From Candidatus Eremiobacteraceae bacterium (GTDB lineage Bacteria; Vulcanimicrobiota; Vulcanimicrobiia; Eremiobacterales; Eremiobacteraceae): a stretch of 64,000 nt of DNA. The stretch's first letter is position 1. Every line of letters starts with the position of its first letter. The stretch is taken from the NCBI GenBank assembly GCA_035314825.1, contig DATFYX010000034.1, forward strand, positions 2,036-66,035, given 5' to 3'. The notes under the pieces are model-generated. The model was given only the letters and a program-made list of their open reading frames with translations. It was not told the origin of the DNA and ran no database searches. Position numbers and translations under genes: made by a program. Shown here piece after piece: positions 1 to 9,672 of the stretch.

Positions 1-1
1 C

Positions 2-403
2 TTCCAATCCCAGCGCCACCATTTCGAACGCGCCGCCGCCGAGTTCGACCTGACCAAGCAGCAGGCGCATGCCTTGTACGTGCTCAGCTGTGAGGGACCG
101 CGTTCGATGAGCGAGCTGGCCGAGACGCTGGCGTGCGACGCCTCAAGCGTCACCGGGCTGGTCGACCGGCTCGAAGCGCGGGGCCTGGTGAGCCGTCACA
201 GCGTGCCCAACGACCGGCGCATGCGCATGCTGGCGGTCACCGCCGCCGGAGCCCGGCTGCAGCAGCGCTACAGCGTGCTGGTCGCGCAGCCGCCGCCCGC
301 GATCGCGCATCTGCCCGAAGACCTGCAGCGCGGTCTGCGCGATGTCTTGACGAGGGTGGTCGACGCCAGCCGCTCGCACGCGCCGCACGATGCGAAACAC
401 TGA
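2..403 (+). CDS. MarR family transcriptional regulator (5' end cut by window edge)
   Basis: The frame is open from the window edge. It carries a MarR winged-helix signature: LTKQQAHALYVL...MSELAETLACDASSVTGLVDRLEARGLVSRHSVPNDRRMRMLAVTAAG. The ORF-track start at 74 is internal. Confidence 0.8.
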   Translation, partial: FQSQRHHFERAAAEFDLTKQQAHALYVLSCEGPRSMSELAETLACDASSVTGLVDRLEARGLVSRHSVPNDRRMRMLAVTAAGARLQQRYSVLVAQPPPAIAHLPEDLQRGLRDVLTRVVDASRSHAPHDAKH

Positions 404-457
404 CCCGTCCGGCGCAGTAGCGGTAGAAAGAGCTGCAGGCTCGGAAATGGTGGAGGA

Positions 458-1723
458 ATGAGTACGAGACCCGGTCGTTTGATCAATGGTTCAATGGCAC
501 GCATCGCGGCAGCCGGCATGCTGGCCGCGGCCGTCGCGCTGAGCCTCGGCGCGTGCGCCAAGCCCGCTCCGAAGAAGGTACAAGGCTTGCCCGTCTCGGT
601 GCAGGTGGCTTCGCGCGGCGACATCACCGCGACGTTCACGTTGACCGGCGTCGTCGCGCCGCGCCAGCAAGCGGTCTTGTCCTCGGTCGCGTCGGGGAAC
701 GTCAAAGAGGTCTACGTCGCGCTCGGCGAGCGCGTGCGCGCCGGCCAACTGCTCGTGAAGATCGACGACAGCACCCTGCAAGCGCAAGCCGCGCAGGCCG
801 CCGCCAAACTGCAAAGCGTGCGCGCGAGCGACGTCGGCGGGTCTGCGACCGCGAATGCGAATCTGACCTCGGCCCGCGTCGCCGCGCAGAACGCCGACGC
901 GAACCTGGCCCGCAATCAGACGCTGTACAAGCAAGGCTATGTCTCGAAGACCTCGCTCGACCAAGCGCAGAGCCAGGCGGCATCGGCCGACGCCGCGCTG
1001 CGAGCCGCCGAAGTGACCGCGCAGAACGCGAACCTGCAGTCCGGCAACAGCTCTGCGATGGCGGACATCGGCACGGCTCAGGCCGCGCTCGACGCGATCA
1101 ACACGCAGATCGCACAGACCAACGTCACCGCGCCCTTCGACGGCATCGTCACCGCGCGCAGCGTTGACAGAGGCGCGCTTGCAAGCCCCGGCACGCCGCT
1201 CGTGACCGTGTCGCAGCTCAATCCGGCTTGGATCAACGTCGGGATTCCGGACGACGATCTGGCGTACGTGCGGGCGGGCACGCCGGTCACGGTCACCATC
1301 GACACGCTGCCGGGCCGCGCCTGGCACGCGAAAGTCGACGTCGTCAACGCCGCAGCGTCGTCTGGCACGCTGAGCTATCTGACGCACATCGTCGTGCCCA
1401 ACGACGACTACACGCTGCGCGCCGGCATGGTCGCCAACGGCAATTTCCAACAAGCCACGCATCGCAATGTCGTGATCCTGCCGCGCATCGCGCTCTATCA
1501 GACCGAGACCGGCAACGCGGTCTACGTCGTGGTGGATGGCAAGGCCAAGTCGGTGCCGGTGACGACCGGCCTGCAGACGGCGGACCGGGTCGAGGTCACG
1601 GGCATCGAGCCCGGCACCCAGGTCATCACGCAGCGTCCGGACGCATTGCAGGACGGCTCGGTCGTCAGCGTGGTAGGTTCCCCCGAGGGCCCAGCGCCAT
1701 CATCTTCACGAACCTCTCAGTGA
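458..1723 (+). CDS. Efflux pump periplasmic adaptor (HlyD/membrane-fusion protein family), lipoprotein
   Basis: Signal peptide with lipobox (LSLGAC). Long Ala/Gln-rich coiled-coil hairpin followed by a beta-rich C-terminal half, as in MFPs. GGAGG lies just upstream; ATG 494 is an alternative start. Confidence 0.8.
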   Translation: MSTRPGRLINGSMARIAAAGMLAAAVALSLGACAKPAPKKVQGLPVSVQVASRGDITATFTLTGVVAPRQQAVLSSVASGNVKEVYVALGERVRAGQLLVKIDDSTLQAQAAQAAAKLQSVRASDVGGSATANANLTSARVAAQNADANLARNQTLYKQGYVSKTSLDQAQSQAASADAALRAAEVTAQNANLQSGNSSAMADIGTAQAALDAINTQIAQTNVTAPFDGIVTARSVDRGALASPGTPLVTVSQLNPAWINVGIPDDDLAYVRAGTPVTVTIDTLPGRAWHAKVDVVNAAASSGTLSYLTHIVVPNDDYTLRAGMVANGNFQQATHRNVVILPRIALYQTETGNAVYVVVDGKAKSVPVTTGLQTADRVEVTGIEPGTQVITQRPDALQDGSVVSVVGSPEGPAPSSSRTSQ

Positions 1724-1739
1724 CGACAAAGGAAACCGT

Positions 1740-3215
<1,476 letters not shown>

Positions 3216-3228
3216 GAACCGAGCACAC

Positions 3229-3612
3229 ATGCAGCCGTCCCTCCGCCGCGCTTGTCTGCTCGCTGCGTGCGTGCTCGTTTCCGTCGCCGGACTGGCCGCC
3301 TGCCAACAGCACAGCAATTCGCCTGTCGTCAATATCGCCATCGTCGGCAGCCGCGGCGAGAACTCGTTCAAGCCCGGCAACATCTCGGTCAACTTGGGGA
3401 CGGTCGTCACATGGACAAACGAGGACTCGCAGCCGCACTCGGTCACGTCGCCGGGCGCCTTCGACTCGGGCATGATCGCGCCCAACGGGGGACGCTGGAC
3501 GTGGGTCGCCGCGATGGCGGGCACGTTCGCCTATTCGAGCATGACCGATCAATCGATGAAGGGCAGCATCACGGTGGTGGTGCCCCCGCCCTCGGGCGGC
3601 GCCGGCCAATAA
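3229..3612 (+). CDS. Cupredoxin-fold lipoprotein with degenerate type-1 copper site
   Basis: Lipobox VAGLAAC. Plastocyanin-like pattern FKPGNISVNLGTVVTWTNEDSQPHSVTS...GTFAYSSMTDQSMKGSITVV. The position of the usual Y-x-C-x-x-H-x-x-x-M is Y-S-S-M-T-D-Q-S-M, so both the Cys and the second His are absent. Confidence 0.65.
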   Translation: MQPSLRRACLLAACVLVSVAGLAACQQHSNSPVVNIAIVGSRGENSFKPGNISVNLGTVVTWTNEDSQPHSVTSPGAFDSGMIAPNGGRWTWVAAMAGTFAYSSMTDQSMKGSITVVVPPPSGGAGQ

Positions 3613-5261
3613 CGCGTCTCTTCGGTACGCTTGCGCTCGCTTTCACGGCGGGCGCGCTTGTCGTCGCCTCCGGCTGCAGCAAAGTTCAGCAGAGCACCAA
3701 CACGCCGCCGGCCAGCACGACGATCCCGGGCACGCTGCGCTACGCGGAGATCGAAGAGCCGACGACCATGAATCCGCTGCTCACGCTCACCGCGACGAGC
3801 ATCGATCTCTACATGTTCATGTACGGTTTTTTCTTCAATCTCGACGACAAGATGCACTGGGTGCCGGAGCTGGCCACGGACGTGCCGAGCTACGAGAACG
3901 GCGGCATCAGCAAGGACGGGCTGACGCTGACCTATCATCTGCGCAAAGGCGTGAAGTGGCACGACGGCGTGCCGTTCACCTCGCACGACGTCGTCTTCAC
4001 GACGCACGCCATCCTCAATCCGGCGAACAACGTCGAGACGCGTGTCGGTTGGGATCGCATCGCCAGCGTCGAAGCGCCCGACGACTACACCGTCAAATTC
4101 CATCTCAAGAAGATCTATGCGTCCGCGGTCGCGACGTACTTCGCCGAGAGCGGCAACTTCCCGGTCCTGCCGGCGCACCTTCTCGAGAAGTACCCCAACC
4201 TCAATCAGGTGCCGTTCAACACGCAGCCGATCGGCACCGGGCCGTTCAAGTTCGTCAAGTGGGTGCACGGCGACCACGTCGAGCTCGAGGCCAATCCTGA
4301 TTACTGGCGCGGCGCGCCCAAACTCAAACGTATCATCGAGCGTTTCATCCCCACCGAGAACACAATTCTCACGCAGATGCGCACGCACGAGCTCGACGCG
4401 TGGTTCCGCGCGGGATCGAACCTCTATCCCGAGATCCAAGAGCTGCCCGCGCTCGGCTACCGGATCGAGCTCGAGCCGTCGCTGCTGTACGCGCATCTCG
4501 ACCTCAACCAGAAGAACGCGCTCTTCGACGATCTCAAAGTGCGCCAGGCGATCGCCTATGCCATCAACCGCAGGAAGATCGTCCACGACATCACGCACGA
4601 TGTCCACGAGATCGGCTACAGCGTCACGCCCAAACTTTCGTGGGCATACGATCCGGACGTCGCGCACTATGACTACGATCTGGCGAAGGCGCGGCAGCTG
4701 CTTGACGAGGCGGGGTGGACGCCCGGTGCCGACGGCGTGCGGGTGAAGAACGGCCAGCGACTCGCGTTCACGCTGAACACGGTCGCCGGCGGCAAGAACG
4801 GCGAGGCGACTGAAGCGCTGGTGCAGCAAGATCTGCGCGCCATCGGCATCGACGCTTCGATCAAGAATTATCCGGCGGCGCTCTTCTTCGCCCCATATCA
4901 GCAGAACGGCATCCTGACGCGCGGCAACTACGACGCGGCGTTTTACGCATGGGTCGCGGGCGCCGATCCGGACAACGAGTCGCTGTATGCGAGCTACGAG
5001 ATCCCGCCTGTCGGCCAGAACGATCTGTACTTGGTCGACCCGCTCATCGATCAGGCGGAAAAAGCCGCCTTGTCGACCTACGACCAGAACACGCGCAAGA
5101 AATACTACTCGGTGATCCAAAAGGAGCTCGCGGCCCAGGCGTACACGATCGTCGAGTATTATTCGCGCCAGATCTTCGTGACGTCGACGAATTTCCTGAA
5201 CTTCAAACCCGCGCCCGCGACGACCAGCAACTGGAACACGTGGGAATGGGAGATGAAGTAG
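3609..5261 (+). CDS. ABC transporter substrate-binding lipoprotein, family 5 (peptide/nickel, DppA/OppA-like), paralog 1
   Basis: Strong similarity to the two downstream paralogs (GTLRYAEIEEPTTMNPLL..., WHDGVPFTSHDVVFT, ends TTSNWNTWEWEMK). Stop at 5261 is secure. The start is uncertain: there is no ATG/GTG/TTG between GTG 3501 (deep inside the upstream gene) and the lipobox VASGC. ATA 3609 overlaps the upstream TAA. Confidence 0.8.
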   Translation: MTRLFGTLALAFTAGALVVASGCSKVQQSTNTPPASTTIPGTLRYAEIEEPTTMNPLLTLTATSIDLYMFMYGFFFNLDDKMHWVPELATDVPSYENGGISKDGLTLTYHLRKGVKWHDGVPFTSHDVVFTTHAILNPANNVETRVGWDRIASVEAPDDYTVKFHLKKIYASAVATYFAESGNFPVLPAHLLEKYPNLNQVPFNTQPIGTGPFKFVKWVHGDHVELEANPDYWRGAPKLKRIIERFIPTENTILTQMRTHELDAWFRAGSNLYPEIQELPALGYRIELEPSLLYAHLDLNQKNALFDDLKVRQAIAYAINRRKIVHDITHDVHEIGYSVTPKLSWAYDPDVAHYDYDLAKARQLLDEAGWTPGADGVRVKNGQRLAFTLNTVAGGKNGEATEALVQQDLRAIGIDASIKNYPAALFFAPYQQNGILTRGNYDAAFYAWVAGADPDNESLYASYEIPPVGQNDLYLVDPLIDQAEKAALSTYDQNTRKKYYSVIQKELAAQAYTIVEYYSRQIFVTSTNFLNFKPAPATTSNWNTWEWEMK

Positions 5262-6907
5262 TCAGGCGGACGCAGGCGATCGCGTGCGCCGCGCTCGCGG
5301 CGCTGCTCGTCAACGGCTGCAGCAAAGTCTCGCAGAGCACGAACGCTCCGGCGCGCTCGCAGACGATTCCGGGCACGTTGCGCTACGCCGACATCGAAGA
5401 ACCTATCTCCATGAATCCGCTGCTGCGGCTGGTGGCCGTGGGCACCGACATGGACATGTTCATCTTCGGATTCTTCTTCAACCTCGACGACAAGATGCGC
5501 TTCGTCCCCGAGCTCGCGACGGAGGTGCCGACGTATGCGAACGGCGGCATCAGCAAGGACGGCCTCACCCTCACCTACCATCTGCGCCAGGGCGTCAAGT
5601 GGCACGACGGCGCGCCATTCACCGCGCACGACGTCGTGTTCACCGTTCATGCGATCCTCAATCCGGCGAACAACGTGCAGACGCGCCGCGGCTGGGATCG
5701 CGTCGCGAGCGTTGAGGCGGTCGACGACCATACCGTGCGCTTCCATCTGAAAGATATCTACGCGCCGGCGGTCGCGACCTACTTCTGCGAGAGCGGACTG
5801 TACCCGGTGCTGCCGGCGCACATCCTCGAGAAATACGCCGACATCAACCGCGTGCCGTTCAACACCGATCCGATCGGCACCGGCCCGTTCAAGTTCGTGA
5901 AGTGGATCCACGGCGATCGCGTCGAGCTTGAGGCCAATGCCGATTACTGGCGCGGACCGCCCAAGCTCAAGCGCATCATCTACAAGGTGATCCCGGCGGA
6001 GACGACCATCCTCACGCAGCTGCGCACGCACGAGATCGACGCGTGGTTCCGAGCGCCCTCCGGCCTGTATCCGCAGATCCGCGATCTGCCGGCGGACGGT
6101 TTCCGCGTCCAGCTCGAGCCCGCACTGGTGTATTCGCACCTCGACCTGAACCAGAAGAACCCGCTGTTCCAAGACCTGCGCGTGCGCCAAGCGCTCGCGC
6201 ACGCGATCGACCGTCAGAAGATCATCCACGACGTCACGTACGACGTGCACATCGCGGCGTATTCGGACTTGCCGGCGTTCTCGTGGGCGTACGAGCCGGA
6301 CGTCGCGCACTACGACTACGATCCCGCGCAGTCGGCCGCGCTGCTCGACGCGGCGGGCTGGAAGCTCGGGCCAGACGGCGTGCGCGTGAAGAACGGCCAG
6401 CGCCTCGCGTTCGACCTCGCGGCGGCGACCGGCAACAAGACCGGTGAGGCCGTCGAACAGATATTACAAGAGGATTTCCGGCGCATCGGTGCCGAGGCGT
6501 CCATCAAGAACTACCCGACCGCGCTGTATTTCGACAACTATCAGCGCGGCGGCATCCTGCTCGCGGGCAAGTACGACGCGGCGTGGTACTCGTGGGTCGC
6601 GGGCGTGGATCCGGGCGACGACGAGTCGATCTACACAACCTACAACATTCCGCCCGCGGGCCAGAACTCGCTGTATTGGTCGGACCCGGCGCTTGACGCC
6701 GCAGAGAAGGGCGCGCTTTCCAGCTACGACCAAAGGGTGCGCAAGAAGTACTATTCGATCATCCAAAAGGAGATCGCCGCGCAATCGGCCACCATCATCG
6801 TGTACTTCCAGCGCCAGATCTTCGTGACTGCCGACGGCTTTGAGAATTTCAAGCCGGCGCCGGCGACCACGAGCAACTGGAATTCCTGGGAATGGGAGAT
6901 GAAATGA
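5246..6907 (+). CDS. ABC transporter substrate-binding lipoprotein, family 5, paralog 2
   Basis: ATG 5246 (MGDEVVRRTQAIACAALAALLVNGCSK) overlaps the end of paralog 1 by 16 nt. The ORF-track start at 4949 lies inside paralog 1. Highly similar to paralog 1 along its full length. Confidence 0.85.
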   Translation: MGDEVVRRTQAIACAALAALLVNGCSKVSQSTNAPARSQTIPGTLRYADIEEPISMNPLLRLVAVGTDMDMFIFGFFFNLDDKMRFVPELATEVPTYANGGISKDGLTLTYHLRQGVKWHDGAPFTAHDVVFTVHAILNPANNVQTRRGWDRVASVEAVDDHTVRFHLKDIYAPAVATYFCESGLYPVLPAHILEKYADINRVPFNTDPIGTGPFKFVKWIHGDRVELEANADYWRGPPKLKRIIYKVIPAETTILTQLRTHEIDAWFRAPSGLYPQIRDLPADGFRVQLEPALVYSHLDLNQKNPLFQDLRVRQALAHAIDRQKIIHDVTYDVHIAAYSDLPAFSWAYEPDVAHYDYDPAQSAALLDAAGWKLGPDGVRVKNGQRLAFDLAAATGNKTGEAVEQILQEDFRRIGAEASIKNYPTALYFDNYQRGGILLAGKYDAAWYSWVAGVDPGDDESIYTTYNIPPAGQNSLYWSDPALDAAEKGALSSYDQRVRKKYYSIIQKEIAAQSATIIVYFQRQIFVTADGFENFKPAPATTSNWNSWEWEMK

Positions 6908-8559
6908 AACAGATCGCGTTGCGCTTCGCGGTTGCGCTTGCAGTCGTCATGCTCGCCGCGCTGGCGCTGGTATCGTGCAGCAAAGTATCGCAAAGCACCA
7001 CCGCGCCCGAGGGCGGCGGCGGCTCGATCCCCGGCGTGCTGCGCTACGCCGATATCCAGGAGCCGGATTCGCTCAACCCTTTGATTACCACGCAAGCGAC
7101 CGTGGCCGACCTCGAGTACATGGCGTTCTCGTTCTTCTTCAATTACGACGACAAACTGAACTTTGCGCCAGAGCTGGCGCTGGAAGTTCCGACGCTTGCC
7201 AACGGCGGGATCTCGCGCGACGGTTTGACGATCATCTATCACATGCGCCACGGGGTCAAGTGGCAAGACGGCGTGCCGCTCACCGCCAAGGACGTGGCGT
7301 TCACGTTTCACGCCATCATGAATCCCGCCAACAACGTGCAGGTGCGCACCGGCTACGATCAGATCAAGACGATCGACACGCCCGACGACTTCACGGTCGT
7401 CGTCCACATGAAGCGCGTATTCTCGCCGATCATCGCGTACTTCATGTGCCAGCAGGGCGGATTCCCCGTCATGCCGGCGCATCTGCTCGCGCAGTATCCC
7501 AACGTCAACCAGCTGCCGTACAACTCGCTGCCCATCGGTTCGGGGCCGTTCAAGATCACCGAGTGGCAGCACGGCGACCACATCGCGCTGGTCGCCAATC
7601 CCGATTATTGGCGTGGGCCGCCCAAGCTCTCGAAGATCATCTTCAAGTTCGTCGCGAGCACGAACACCATCAAGGTGCTGCTGCAGACGCACGAGATCGA
7701 TGCGTGGTTTCGCGCGTCGGCGAACCTGTACGATCAGCTGAAGACGATTCCAGGCTACCAAGTCTTGGTCTCGGAGCAGAACTTGTTCGCGCACATCGAC
7801 TTCAACGTGAAGGATCCGATGCTGGCCGACCCGCGCGTGCGCAAGGCCGTCGAATACGCGATGGATCGCAAGAGCATGGCGCACACCGTCACGCACGACG
7901 TCTACCAGCCCGCGACATCCGATATCGCACCGTACAGCTGGGCCTATCCGCACGACTTGCCGTTTTACGACAACAATCCGGCCGCCGCGCGTGCGCTGCT
8001 CGACGAGGCCGGCTGGACGGTCGGACCCGATGGGATCCGCCAGAAGAACGGCAAGCGGCTCGAGCTGCAGTTCTCCTATGTGAGCGGCGACGTCCTCGGT
8101 ACCCAGGTCGCTACGTTGGTCCAGCAGCGACTGCACGATGTCGGCGTCGCCGTGTCTCAGAAGACCTACCCTGCATCGCTGTATTTCGGGCCGGCGCAGA
8201 CGGGCGGCATCATCAACAGCGGCAAATTCCAGATGGCCTTTTTCGCCTGGTCGAGCGGCGTCGACCCGGACAACTCATCGCTCTACGACTGCGATCAATT
8301 CCCGCCCGCCGGCCAGAACGATCTGTTCTGGTGCGATAGGAAGCTTGACGACGCGGAGAAGGACACGCTCGGCACCTTCGATCAAGCGCGCCGCATCAAG
8401 GACTACTCGATCATCGAGCACGAGCTCATCGAGCAAGCGCCGACGATCTTCGTGTTCCACGACCGTCGCATCGACGTCATCAGCGACAAGTTCCATGGCT
8501 TCAAACCGTCGCCGGCCACCTCGGCGTATTGGAACACCTACGACTGGTCGATGCAATAG
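6892..8559 (+). CDS. ABC transporter substrate-binding lipoprotein, family 5, paralog 3
   Basis: MGDEMKQIALRF...LALVSCSK lipoprotein signal; ATG 6904 is an equally possible start. Same domain pattern as paralogs 1 and 2 but more divergent. Confidence 0.85.
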   Translation: MGDEMKQIALRFAVALAVVMLAALALVSCSKVSQSTTAPEGGGGSIPGVLRYADIQEPDSLNPLITTQATVADLEYMAFSFFFNYDDKLNFAPELALEVPTLANGGISRDGLTIIYHMRHGVKWQDGVPLTAKDVAFTFHAIMNPANNVQVRTGYDQIKTIDTPDDFTVVVHMKRVFSPIIAYFMCQQGGFPVMPAHLLAQYPNVNQLPYNSLPIGSGPFKITEWQHGDHIALVANPDYWRGPPKLSKIIFKFVASTNTIKVLLQTHEIDAWFRASANLYDQLKTIPGYQVLVSEQNLFAHIDFNVKDPMLADPRVRKAVEYAMDRKSMAHTVTHDVYQPATSDIAPYSWAYPHDLPFYDNNPAAARALLDEAGWTVGPDGIRQKNGKRLELQFSYVSGDVLGTQVATLVQQRLHDVGVAVSQKTYPASLYFGPAQTGGIINSGKFQMAFFAWSSGVDPDNSSLYDCDQFPPAGQNDLFWCDRKLDDAEKDTLGTFDQARRIKDYSIIEHELIEQAPTIFVFHDRRIDVISDKFHGFKPSPATSAYWNTYDWSMQ

Positions 8560-8573
8560 CGCTTCGAGGCCTA

Positions 8574-8597
8574 TGGAGCGGTCGAATTTATTCGACC
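8574..8597 (+). repeat. REP-like palindromic element copy 1 (TGGAGC-GGTCGAAT-TT-ATTCGACC)
   Basis: Perfect 8-bp arms with a 2-nt spacer and a GGAG head. Lies between convergent genes. Read on the minus strand it supplies GTC GAA TAA, the last codons and stop of the lipid kinase gene. Confidence 0.85.
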
Positions 8598-9535
8598 GGC
8601 GCTATGACCCGCGCGCCGCGCGGCACCAACTCGATCTTCGCGCTTTGCACCAGTGCGAGCTCGCCGTCCACGTGCATCGCGACCGGTCTTTCGAAAGCTA
8701 CCTCGAGGTGGCTCGCGCGAAGTGACGTGACGTTGGGCTCGTCCGCGTGCGCGCCGGTGCGGATGCGCTGCATCAGGCCGAAGCGCGCCGGCAGCCCAAC
8801 GACGTCGCGAAACGCGTAGCAGTCGAACGCGCCGTCCTCGAGACTCGCGTCGGGGGCGCCGTGAAATCCGCCGCCATACCAAGCGCCGTTGCCGACCGTC
8901 AGCATCACGAGATCTGCAAAGCGCAATTCGACGTCGTGCGTGACCACCATCGCGGCCACGGGCTTGACCATCAGCAGGCCGCGCACCGCTGCCATGTAGT
9001 ACGAAAGCCCCTTCGCCAGACCGCTCTTGCGGATCTGTGCTGCCATCGCCGCCACCTCGGCGTCTAACCCCATGCCGACGCAGTTGATGAAGCGCCGCCC
9101 ATTGACGGTGCCGTAGTCGATCCGGCGCTCGGCGCCATCGCGCAAGACGTCGAAGGCTGCGCGGCCTTTTCGGATGCCGAGCATCAATGCAAGATCGTTG
9201 CCGGAACCGCACGGGATAATCGCGAGCGTCGCATTATCGGGTGACGCGAGCGCATCGAAGGCGAGCGACAGCGTGCCGTCGCCGCCGATGCAGACGAGCA
9301 GCGGGCGGTCGAATGAATTCGACCGCTCCATCAACGCAGCGGATGCCGACGCGAGCGCCTCGTTGAGACGCGCCGGAAACGCGGGCGTGAAATCGGGTTC
9401 GACGATCGCGATCGCCGGCGCGCGCAGCGCGCGCTCGACCTCGCCGATCAGGCCGTGGGCTTTGCCGCCACCGGCCCAGCGGTTTGCGACGACGACGAAC
9501 GGTCGAATCAATCCGACCGCTGCAGGCTCGGGCAC
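8588..9535 (-). CDS. Diacylglycerol/lipid kinase family protein (YegS/DAGK catalytic domain)
   Basis: Motifs LLVCIGGDGTLS and IIPCGSGNDLA. GTG start. Contains two in-frame REP-derived segments, and its last codons plus stop lie in REP copy 1. Confidence 0.8.
   Translation of the reverse strand: MPEPAAVGLIRPFVVVANRWAGGGKAHGLIGEVERALRAPAIAIVEPDFTPAFPARLNEALASASAALMERSNSFDRPLLVCIGGDGTLSLAFDALASPDNATLAIIPCGSGNDLALMLGIRKGRAAFDVLRDGAERRIDYGTVNGRRFINCVGMGLDAEVAAMAAQIRKSGLAKGLSYYMAAVRGLLMVKPVAAMVVTHDVELRFADLVMLTVGNGAWYGGGFHGAPDASLEDGAFDCYAFRDVVGLPARFGLMQRIRTGAHADEPNVTSLRASHLEVAFERPVAMHVDGELALVQSAKIELVPRGARVIAPVE
9305..9330 (-). repeat. REP-like element copy 2, inside the lipid kinase CDS
   Basis: GC-GGTCGAAT-GA-ATTCGACC-GCTCCA on the plus strand. 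Translated in-frame on the minus strand as MERSNSFDRP, immediately before the GGDGT motif. Confidence 0.85.
9501..9524 (-). repeat. Degenerate REP-like element copy 2b, inside the 5' end of the lipid kinase CDS
   Basis: GGTCGAAT-CA-ATCCGACC-GCTGCA, with one arm mismatch and one head mismatch. Encodes AVGLIRPF on the minus strand. Confidence 0.6.
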
Positions 9536-9672
9536 GCCGCCGCGCTTCCATGCGCCGAGCTGCTTGTCCCGCGAAAAGACATGGAGGAAGCGTGAGCAAC
9601 TTCCTCCTGCCCCTACGACTATGAAGCCACGGGTTTCGTTACACGCCCGCCGAATCGCGTAGGACAGCCCCT

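Noticed and set aside
3252-3500. Far-upstream ATG starts (3252, 3411) for SBP paralog 1
   Set aside because: They would overlap almost the entire cupredoxin-like gene in another frame, and the translated extension is Arg-rich nonsense.
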